Shown in pieces: positions 51,449-60,841 of a stretch of 64,000 nucleotides of DNA. Position numbers and translations under genes: made by a program. Every line of letters begins with the position of its first letter. Position 1 is the first letter of the stretch. The DNA is from Callorhinchus milii (lineage: Eukaryota), in assembly GCF_018977255.1 (NCBI RefSeq), contig NW_024704743.1, forward strand, positions 13,518,001 to 13,582,000, written 5' to 3'. The notes under the pieces were generated by a model. It was not told where the DNA came from and did no database searches. It saw nothing but the letters and a program-made list of their open reading frames with translations.

Positions 51449-51524
51449 ATTTTATTTTAAAGGTCGCTGTGGAATAACGTTACCACCAGCGCTCGCCCGT
51501 CATGAAAGTGAAGTCATTTTTTAA
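51449..51524 (+). CDS. SIRT5: SIRT5 terminal coding exon
   Basis: Acceptor tgtctttgcag, phase 2. (T)[24 protein letters not shown] resembles the SIRT5 C-terminus (F.F.G.CG.TLP.ALA). The eight exons total 930 nt = 309 aa plus stop. Confidence 0.95.
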
Positions 51525-51623
51525 AGGAACATGTGCAAATATTCATATAAAACTCTCCCAAAACTACTGCTACTACAGTAACAAACTATTCATAGATCAA
51601 AAGTGTGTTCTCAGCAATTATAA

Positions 51624-51796
51624 AATAAATTATTGATGTCATAATCATGCTAAAGGCACCAATGTCTTTTGTTTACAACTGATTATCATGGTACTGCTTG
51701 TGAACTGCTTGTACAGGTTTATAACGTTTTTGCTTATAAATCCAGTCAGATAAATCATGTAATTGTACAGATCTCATGAACTTATCTATGAATAAA
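51624..51796 (+). terminator. SIRT5 3' UTR polyadenylation signals
   Basis: AATAAA at 51624-51629 and 51791-51796 downstream of the stop codon. The second is followed by T/GT-rich sequence. Confidence 0.6.
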
Positions 51797-52942
51797 GTAA
51801 TGGAAAATGTTTTGCCCTTGATGTCCAGTTTTTAAGCTCTTCACTGCTACTTGTTTAGTCCCACTCCCCTGCCTTTGCCATACCCTTTTATATATTTTCT
51901 AACAATTCTCTAATTACCTTTTAAAAGCTACTATGAATTCTGCATCAATCAGGTTAGTGACAGTACATTGCAAGTTGAAAATAGCCACTTCTGAGATAAG
52001 TGGTAAATAGTGACTACTGGAATTATGTTGACTCACAGGAACCTCAGTATGAAAGTACTAGAGGTCACATCAGAACAAAATTGTCAGTTTGGCATGACAT
52101 CATTCCAGTTCCTGGTGGGAGTCACGTATTTGCAAATAGATTTTCAACCTTGTGTTTGAGACATCAAATCTCAAATGCATGTTTTTAAACGTATCAAAGA
52201 ATTTGCAGCACATAGGAGGCCATTACTCCAATTGTGTTGACCGAAGCTCCCTTAAAGAACTACTTAATTTAGTTTTCTCCCTCCTATCTCAAGCGTTCAG
52301 GGTTAATGAGAGCTGTTTGCAAATGTTGGGCAAGTTTCCTTACTCCACATTGCTTCTGTTCACCTAGCAGTAAGTAGGAACCTGGTTGTTAGCCAATTAG
52401 CGGATTGCTTTTCCAGGTGTACAAAACCCTCATATACGCATTCGTAACATCGAGGTTTGACTATGCAAACTCCTTGCTTGTCGGCTTCCCCAACTCTCTC
52501 CATAGGCTGCAGATCATCCAGAACTCTGTAGCCCATGTCCTCTCCCGCACCAGGTTCGGTGACCCTATCATACCATCCTCGCCTGACTCTACTGGCTTTC
52601 CATCACAGAGGGTACAGTTCAAGATCCCGTTGGTCTGTCAGTCTAGGCCGAGTTCAAAGTTCCAACATGAGGCTTGAACCCACAACCTTCTGACTCACAG
52701 TAAATACTACCAATTGAGCCTCCTCTCGTTCTTTCCTAGAGGGATGTATTGGGTGAATTCTGTCCTTTCCCTTTTCCAACAGAAGTGCATTAACTTGTAT
52801 TTGGATATCATTTTTTGATGGAAGATGATGTTTGAATCCAATGTATTTTAGTGCCTGACTTCAGCCTCTATAGTTCATCTCTAAGGTTGGTTGTACACAG
52901 TGCCACCCAGCGGTTGGCATAATTTATGACAATACTCAAGAA

Positions 52943-53249
52943 CAGAGTGGTCCAAACTTTTGGCTGCCGCAGGCCGGATACCCCATTTGAGACAGGTCCA
53001 CAGGCTGCAGGATTAAGTTGCTAAGGACGTGGTTGGTGAGAGACACGCTTGCCTTTCTGACCGACTGCAGTAACAGCCGGTATTATTTCTACTCTCCGCA
53101 CTGCGCCATCCCAACCGCCAGCTCCTGCCGCTGCCCTAGGAGGAAGTTCACCAAGAAGGGAGGGAGTGGAATAGGAAATGGTTGCGGGCATCTTTAAAAT
53201 CACCCGCAGGGATGAATGCCACCTGCGGGCCACGTGTTGGGCCACGCTG
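52943..53249. mobile_element. Non-autonomous hAT (Charlie-type) MITE
   Basis: Imperfect TIRs CAGAGTGGTCCAA and TTGGGCCACGCTG, subterminal GCGGGCC/GGCCGG motifs, degenerate 8-bp TSD CTCAAGAA/CTATAGAA. Confidence 0.75.
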
Positions 53250-53636
53250 CTATAGAACATATTTTATATTTGTTATAATAGTGACTGGATGAAATTTTAC
53301 TGGTCAGTCACATTCCTGCTGTTCCAAAGTGAGTTGTGATGTGTAAGAAGCTCTCCTAATGTCACTTCCTGTATGCTGCGCATGAACCAGGAAGTGTCAC
53401 TGATGTCACTTGGTGGGGGAAATGATATTAGTGACGCATTGAGCGCAATGGGCAGGACGTGATGGCATTGGCGACCTGAGAACCCAAACTTAACTTTTTT
53501 TTGCTTATAACACGGTCTCTGAGATATTGGTCCCAGGTGACTGTATTACAACACAGATTTCCTGTAGGTGTTAAGTTGGGTTACCTCATTTTTTATACAA
53601 TACTAATTTGCAGACTGGGTTCATATGATGGTTAAC

Positions 53637-54582
53637 AATTGGGTATAGGGAGTACAATTTCCAAGTTTACAGATGATACTAAGCTAGAAAAAATAGTAAA
53701 CAGTGAGGATGATAGTAGCAGACTGCAAGGGGACATAGACAGACTGGTAAAATGGGCCGACACAGACATGTGGAAGATGAAGTTTAATGTGGAGAAATGC
53801 AAAGTGATTCATTTTGAGAGGAAGAATGAGGAGAGGCAATATAAGCTGATGGTACAATCTGAAAATGGATGAAGGAATAGAGAGACCTGGCGTTCATATA
53901 AGTAAATCTTTGAAGGTGACATGACTGGTAGATAAAGCTGTTAAAAAAGCACACGGGATACTAGGCTTTATAAATAGGGGCATAGAATACAAAAGTCAGG
54001 AAGTTGTGATAAACCTTTATAAAACACTGGTTAGGCCTCAGCGAGAGACTGAGTTCAGTTCTGGGCACCACACTTTAGGAAGGATGTCAAGGCATTGGAG
54101 AGGGTGCAAAGGAGATTTACCAGGATGGTACCAGGGATGAGGGACTTCAGTTATCAGGAGAGGCTAGAGAAGCTGGGATTATTCTCCTTGGAGCAGAGAA
54201 GGTTAAGAGGAGACTTAATAGAAGTTTTCAGAATTATGAGGAGATTCAATAGGGTGAACAAGGAGAAACTACTTTCACTGGCGGGTGGGTTGGTAACCTG
54301 AGGACATGGATTTAAAATAGTTGTTAAAAAAAACAGAGGGTAGGTGAGGAGAAACGTTTTCACACAGCGAGTTGTTGGGATCTGAAATGCGTTGCCTGAA
54401 AGGGTGGTGGGAGCCGATTCAATAACAACTTTTAAGAGAGAGGTAGATAATTATTTGGGGAGGACAAGTTTGCAGGGCTATGGGGAAAGAGCGGGGGAGT
54501 GGGATTGAATTAGATAGCTCTTTTCAAAGAGCCAGCACAGACACGATGGCCTCCTTCCGTGCTGTATAAGTCTATGATTCTG
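53637..54582 (+). mobile_element. 5'-truncated CR1 LINE 3' portion
   Basis: ISKFTDDTKL, LERVQRRFTRMVPG and RRLRGDLIEVF fragments. The 3' UTR resembles the 18.4-kb copy and ends TCTATGATTCT. Confidence 0.93.
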
Positions 54583-54730
54583 ATAGCAAGGTCAAACTGA
54601 GAATTCTGGAATTCAGGTGTGCAACGATTGCACAGACATTATTATATTATATCATAGACATGGGTTTAATTGTTTATTTGTGTGCTTTCAATCTATTTTT
54701 GTTCTTTCTTTGTTTTCTTTTCAATACCAG

Positions 54731-54786
54731 AAACGTAAGCAACTTCCAGCTGAAGTTCTTGAAGAGCTCATCGCAGTCCCAGAAAT
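54731..54786 (+). CDS. NOL7: NOL7 exon 3-equivalent
   Basis: Long polypyrimidine tract, CAG|...|GTGAGT, phase 0-2. KRKQLPAEVLEELIAVPE resembles NOL7 KRKLLPDTILEKL. Confidence 0.9.
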
Positions 54787-55582
54787 GTGAGTAAGGAATT
54801 AATCTGTGTCATGTACATCAATTAAGGATCATTAAGTGCATGGCTAGTAGATGTAATAATTTAGAGAGAAGTTGGCTCACGGTGTATTATCGTTACAAAT
54901 ATGCAGATAGCAAATATATGACGGGAAAGAGGATCAATCTGAATGAATAATGGATTCCATGTCATAATTCTAAAATAGGCTTGCTTGTAAAGTTTGTTTA
55001 AAACTCATTGCCCATTTTAATGAATTTTAATGTAATTTTAATGTACGTTTTAATGTACTTCAGTGCTAGAATGTGAAGCTAGTTCTCTCAACATGAAAGG
55101 AAATACTGTAGTTTACATAAAATGTCTCAGTGCAGGCCAGTCAATTCAGCCACAACTATTGTCACTGTTAAATGGCAGTATTGTTTTTCTCTAATCTCGC
55201 TCTCCTGCTCACTTCCTAGGTGCTTTAGTATTCATATTTTACAGTCCTTTAAAGGTAAATGATTTAAGAAAACTATACATGCACCAAGCAAAGGCTAAAT
55301 GAACACTCAGATTTTAGCGAGATCTCAGGGATTTGTTTGAATTTCTTGTCATATACCTGAAACAATGCATTTGGCATTTTAAAGTTTGTTTGATGCTGTC
55401 ATGTCTTCAGTTATTTCACTTGTTAACTAATTTCTATATCTAAGCTTCAGCCTGCAGCTTTAAAATAAACTAGAAGATGCGATGCATCAGATTTGCTCGT
55501 TTGTTTATTTGTGACTGCTTGAAGGTTGCAAGCAATACATCAGTGACACTGTGTGTATTTAGTGACTTGTTGTTTGGTCTAG

Positions 55583-55623
55583 GAAGGATCCGGTACCGGA
55601 CACAACTAGTGGCATCACAACAG
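55583..55623 (+). CDS. NOL7: NOL7 exon 4-equivalent (variable linker)
   Basis: TAG|...CAG|GTAAGT, 41 nt, phase 2-1. (M)KDPVPDTTSGITT bridges the phases of the flanking exons. Confidence 0.8.
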
Positions 55624-55636
55624 GTAAGTAGTGATA

Positions 55637-55881
55637 CAAAAAACAAGTCGCTGGAAACCCTCAGCAGGTCAGGGAGCATCTACGGCGAAAGGAAGGTGTG
55701 TCAACATTTCAGGTCCATGACCCTTCGTCAGAATCCGATTCAATAACAACTGACGAAGGTTTGTGGACCCGAAACGTTGACTCACTTTCCTTTCTCTATA
55801 GATGCTGCCTGACCTGCTGAGTGTTCCCAGCGACTTCTGTTTTCGTTTCAGATTTCCAGCATCTGCAGTATTTTGTGTTTT
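55637..55881. mobile_element. Penelope-like retroelement remnant (inverted terminal-repeat arrangement) with hammerhead-like motifs
   Basis: Arms 55637-55734 and 55750-55845 are imperfect inverted repeats. Each carries CTGACGA..GAAA. Flanking direct repeat GTAGTGATA. Confidence 0.65.
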
Positions 55882-56749
55882 GTAGTGATATCAAGTTCTC
55901 TTTTGTTGAATGGTTATTGCCTTTTGATTTAAATTATATAATCATTCAATGTATTTTTTGTTACACTGTTCGTAGCAGAGAGTGTCTGACACTTATTGTT
56001 ATTGTTCTTTTTCTTAATGATGGTGTTGAATTTCTCCTGCACACAATGACACCCACGGCACTCTTACAATGTGAATATTGACTATTTTTTCTGGAATATG
56101 CGCCTTGTATTGTGGAAGGTGTTTTTTTTGGTCTGTTTTCCACTTCTGTTCCACTCTTGCGAGGATACAATTCACCAGTGTCCTCCAGTACCTCAGCCAG
56201 GTGGCTGTTCTTCACGTGTGTCTAACTATTGAGTGTCATTGAGCAATTTGATTGGAGCACATCACAGTCCTGTTCTCATTTGATACCCATTCACATGTTC
56301 CAGTACGAATCAGTGGTTGACAATCAGCAGAAAGGCATTTAGTAGTTATGACAATATAATCCTTGCATATGATATAGAATGATCACATTGACAAAAAGTC
56401 TCAAAGTGCTTAATGTAGAATGCAGTGAATTTTTGTAGGCAAACCCAGCAACCAATTTGTACACAGTGATGTCCCACATTGTTGGTCAGGCCTCAGGAAG
56501 CACCCCCCTTCTCTTTTCCAATAGTGCCATTGGATCTTTGCGTACATCTGAAAACAGGCAGACGAGAACTGGCTTTAACTTCTCATCTGAAAGACAGCAC
56601 CTTTGACAATGCAGAGTATTCCCAGTACTATACTAGAGTGTACATGTGGACTATGAACTAGTCGTAACATGGGGCTTCATCCCACAACCTAATTGATTTA
56701 GGAGGGAGGGGTAGAAATATAAAAAAAAATCAGGTTCCTACCAGGTATA

Positions 56750-57056
56750 TAATAATAATAATCCTTGCATTTGATATAGCGCTTTTCACGTCTTCTAGAC
56801 GTCCCAAAGTGCTTCACAGAATATACTGTAAAGTGAATTGACTGTATATTTGTGGGCGAACGCGGCAGCCAATTGCGCACAGCAATGTCCCACAAACAGT
56901 CGTGGATTGAAAATTACCAATTTATTTTTGTTTTTTTTGGCGGGATTATTATTAGGCTCTGTGTGGAGTAAGGAAACTTGCCCAAGGTTTTGCCCTGTCT
57001 GGAATTGAACTCAGGTCTCTCACTTGCAAAGTGAGTGCTCTAACCACTGAGCTACA
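56750..57056 (-). mobile_element. Young tRNA-headed SINE
   Basis: Reverse complement of the 15178 family. Confidence 0.9.
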
Positions 57057-57061
57057 AGTTG

Positions 57062-57477
57062 CTTGCACTCTTGCCTCTGAGTCAGAAGATTATGGATTCA
57101 AGCACCATGTCAGGACTTTGAGCTCATAGTCTAGGCTGACAATTCAATCCAAAACTGGGAAGTGCTGTATTATTGGAGGTGCCAACCTTTGCATGAGACA
57201 TTAAATCAAGATTGTGTCTTAACTGTTCAGGGTGAATATTAAAATTCCCAGGTACTATTTGAAAAGAGAAGGGAGTTTTCCCCCAGTGTCCTTGCCAACA
57301 ATCCTCCAGATAAAAAGAAAATTGGTCATTCACTTCATTGTGGAACATTGCTGTGCACAAATTGGCTGCTGAGTTCGCTTACAAATACACAATGAGTACA
57401 CTTTACAGAAAACTGATTTGCTTCGAGGCGTTTTGATAAGGTAAAGTGCTGTATCAAATATAAGGATTATTATTATT
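57062..57477 (+). mobile_element. Older Deu-domain SINE
   Basis: Same core with TTA tail. Confidence 0.78.
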
Positions 57478-57964
57478 TGCTTTGTTCCTGCTGTCCATGC
57501 TAGCTCACCCTGAACATTGGGATGATGATTTGACAGATTAAGGGAGTGGGAAGGGTTCCTATTCCCAGCTCACTGTAATGGCAGTTGTCTGGAGGCAGAA
57601 ATGCCTGATAAGTCATCTCGAAACATAGAAAGCATACAACATCCATCCAGTCCACTGAGTGTAAGCACTGCAGATTTTCTTGAGACTATTTTAGAACCAA
57701 TATAAATAGAAATGTTACCTTTTCTAACTTTTTTTTTCCCTTTGAGCCCAGGGAGAGATTTGAGATTATTTCAGTCCTTTTTCTTCTCTTCCCCATGGCT
57801 ACAAGTGGAATATAATCTCTTGGAAATGCGGGTGGTAGTAAATGAAACTAAATTATTCTGGCAAACTGTGCTTAAAACCAGATTTAGAAGTTGAAGATAT
57901 TGCTGTTTATGCGGTTTATGTTTCTGCACTTCGTGGTTTAGATAGTCATAACTTCTGTTTTCAG

Positions 57965-58028
57965 TGCAAGGGGAAGACCAAGAAGCTGAAGAAGACGATG
58001 ACAACATGGAAAACATTATAAAACCCAG
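57965..58028 (+). CDS. NOL7: NOL7 exon 5-equivalent (acidic linker)
   Basis: ttctgttttcag|...AG|GTAACA, 64 nt, phase 1-2. VQGEDQEAEEDDDNMENIIKPR. Confidence 0.82.
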
Positions 58029-59226
58029 GTAACACATATAAAATCATAGCTCAGTTCAATCAAAGCCAAGTATGGTAATCTGTGTATTTAAGAGAATTTT
58101 TTATGTAACTTTTAAAACCTGGTTATTAGCTTAAAACAATGACATTATTTTCAATTATTGTATTTCTGAAAAGCTGCTTTGGAACAGCAGCTTTAGAAAG
58201 TCGTAGATGTTCATTTTAAAATGGTAGCTATAAAGTGGTGAACTATAATCTTGACTGTAATCAAACTGCTGCGGTTTGAAAACACCAGGACTTTAGTGCA
58301 GTTCATACCTGATTACAGATTTGCTAAACTGCAACAAGCCAATCAGCCATATAATGTCACTATTTATATCTCCAAGTGATGCTAAATGGCACTGTCGGTA
58401 CACAAGAGGTACAACTTTCAGAATTCACACCATTCAGCAACATTCAACAGTTTTACTTGGGATATATTCTGTTACCAGAGCAATACATCTACTTAATCTG
58501 GTTACTTAAAGAGGTCAATGCCTTTCAAAGAGCTGGAAATTCTGTATACAGTTATAATAATAGCTTATGGTAATGGCCTACCAGATTTCTTCTTGTATAT
58601 TAGGAGTCTGTTGGAAATTCTGGCAACTGCTTCTGTTAAAATACTATCAAGGCAGAAGTTAGTATTTTGTCCCTACAACATTAAAACAGGCCACTCGGCC
58701 CAACTGATTTGTGCCCACCAGCCAACTTTACCTGAGGGGCCAGTGGGGGAATACAGAGTTCTTGGTGGGTGGAGAGGCTAAACCTGAAGATTTTTGTTTT
58801 TGCCCCAGAGTTTATTTAGATCTGCCCTGTCGCATTTACACATGCTCATTCCCAGGAGGAATCAGTGGGTAATGAACATGAGAAACCCAGTTATAGGAAC
58901 ACAAACTACTGTCTCAGTTCCAGGCTGGGAGTGCTGCCCTGTCAGATCATTTAACTCAGCGAAGAAGGAGATTGAATCTGGGACCTTCCTTGTCTGTATT
59001 ATGCAGAGCATTTACCCATTCAGTGTTCTGGGACACAATCCTGTGTGAGGGGCAATATATAAATGCAAGTTGTTGTATTCAGCCATTGGGAGGGCTCAGG
59101 AGCAAGGAAATTGATGGCTTTCTGTTACTTGTCACCTCAGCCACCAGTTTGAAAAACAACTGTAAGTGTTAATCCTTAGGTGAAGACTTGTCTGCTTTTT
59201 GATTATATAGTGCAATTGTCTTGTAG

Positions 59227-59348
59227 AATGAAGGGGAGATATGAAGCTATTCGACTAAAGGATCAAGGGGAAACTGACCAACGGACAGAGCGGGCCAAAG
59301 CTTTTATCAACAGACGACTCTATGGTCCAGGAAGAATGAGAACCAATG
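59227..59348 (+). CDS. NOL7: NOL7 exon 6-equivalent (start of NUC129 domain)
   Basis: AG/GT bounded, 122 nt. MKGRYEAIRLKDQGETDQRTERAKAFINRRLYGPGRMRTN matches the NUC129 pattern Y.A.RLKDQ...A.AFI...LYGPG..RT. Confidence 0.95.
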
Positions 59349-59435
59349 GTATAATATAATTCTATGTTCAGTTTCAGCATTCCTGCCTTTGTTCTTTTAC
59401 AGTTAATTACACTTGTCTTTTATTTTAAACCACAG

Positions 59436-59513
59436 CCAATGAATATTATTCATTAGCAAACAAGAGGGATGCAAACAAAAAAGGTGCCTTGCAGTTTGTC
59501 AACAAATCTTGGG
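59436..59513 (+). CDS. NOL7: NOL7 exon 7-equivalent
   Basis: CAG|...|GTAAGC, 78 nt, phase 1-1. ANEYYSLANKRDANKKGALQFVNKSWG contains SLANKR...QF.N..WG. Confidence 0.95.
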
Positions 59514-59992
59514 GTAAGCCAACTGGACTGCCTTATTACTGTTCACTATGGAGAGCTTTTAAGACTAGATCATGTGGTGTCAGCTGTTCTGCTTGATGTC
59601 TTTCATGTCAATTTCGCACTTGCAGAATTGGCATTTCAATCCACGACTGTTTGTGGGACATGCTGTGTGCAATTGGCTGCCGCATTTCGCCCATAAAATA
59701 CACAGACAATTCACTTTACAGTGTATTATGTGAAGCGCTTTGAGATGTCTCAACGACGTAATAAGGCACTATCAAATGCAAGAATTATTATTACTTCACT
59801 ACAATCATGCTGATAAGGGAATTATTTCTTTAAATGTAGTATTTATGCAAAGACTGACTATGTCACAGTGTTTGTAAATACAATTTGAAAAATTATATTC
59901 ATTTTTCACGTCCGGATTGTGATGTTTTACATTTCAGAGTGGTGAGAATTTTCTCATTGTTCCTCAATTTTTTCGAGTCAGTTGATATGAGG

Positions 59993-60437
59993 ATAATAAT
60001 AATCATTGCATTTGATGTAATTAGTGTCTTTCACGTCGGAAGAGCATATCAAAGCACTTCTCGGGATTTACTGTAAATAATAATGTATGTATTTGTAGGC
60101 AAATGCTGCAGCCCATTTGCGAAGAGGAATGTCCCACAAACAACCATTAAGTGAATGACCAATTTTACTTTGGGGGATTGTTGGCCAGGACTCCCTGAAA
60201 CTCCCTTCTTTTTTTGAGTAGTGCCATAAGATATTTAATGTCCACCTGAACAAGCAGACAGGACCTCGGTTTAACATCTCATCTGAAGGACTGCCACTTC
60301 CAACAATGCAGCACATCCCCAATAATGTGCTTGAGTGTCAGCCTAGACTATATGAGTTCAAAGTCCTGATGTGGGGCTTGGACCCCCAACCCTCTGATTC
60401 AGAGGCAAGAGTGCTACCAACTTAGCCAGGTTGACAC
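59993..60437 (-). mobile_element. Older Deu-domain SINE, near full length
   Basis: Reverse-complement head, core and tail. Further decayed copies at about 25850-26210, 37500-37830, 44330-44635, 56357-56690 and 61691-61975. Confidence 0.8.
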
Positions 60438-60767
60438 AGATGGGGACAATTCCAGTGCCACCCTCTGACTGCCACAAGCAGTCGGAAACAGACGGTCAGA
60501 AACAGCAGCAACCATTGGCTATTGGCTTAGCTCAACCCAAAAAGTTAACATTGAGCTTGTATTCCATAAACCAGGAAACCCAGTGGTGAAAGCAAATCAA
60601 CTTCAGGGCCCAACCATTGTGATAGGCTTCAGGGGGAGATTTGGGGAGGTTCATACTTTTGTTATTGAGTGGCTTGACCACATTCAGTTCCACTACAGTA
60701 ATTAGCATTGACTTTCATTTTAATATTTGGACTTTTAGTGCATTTTTATAACATTTTATATTTTTAG

Positions 60768-60841
60768 GGAAAAAACAAAAGGAAAAAGCTAGAAAATTGC
60801 GAAAGAAATGGATTAAGAAACATGGTATAGTGCCGAGCTGA
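60768..60841 (+). CDS. NOL7: NOL7 terminal coding exon
   Basis: Acceptor tttttag. GKKQKEKARKLRKKWIKKHGIVPS* is a basic NOL7-type C-terminus. AATAAA at 61281-61286. Confidence 0.92.

Noticed and set aside
57520..57610. ATGATGA...CTGA in a NOL7 intron as a C/D-box snoRNA
   Set aside because: No terminal stem and no recognisable rRNA guide sequence.
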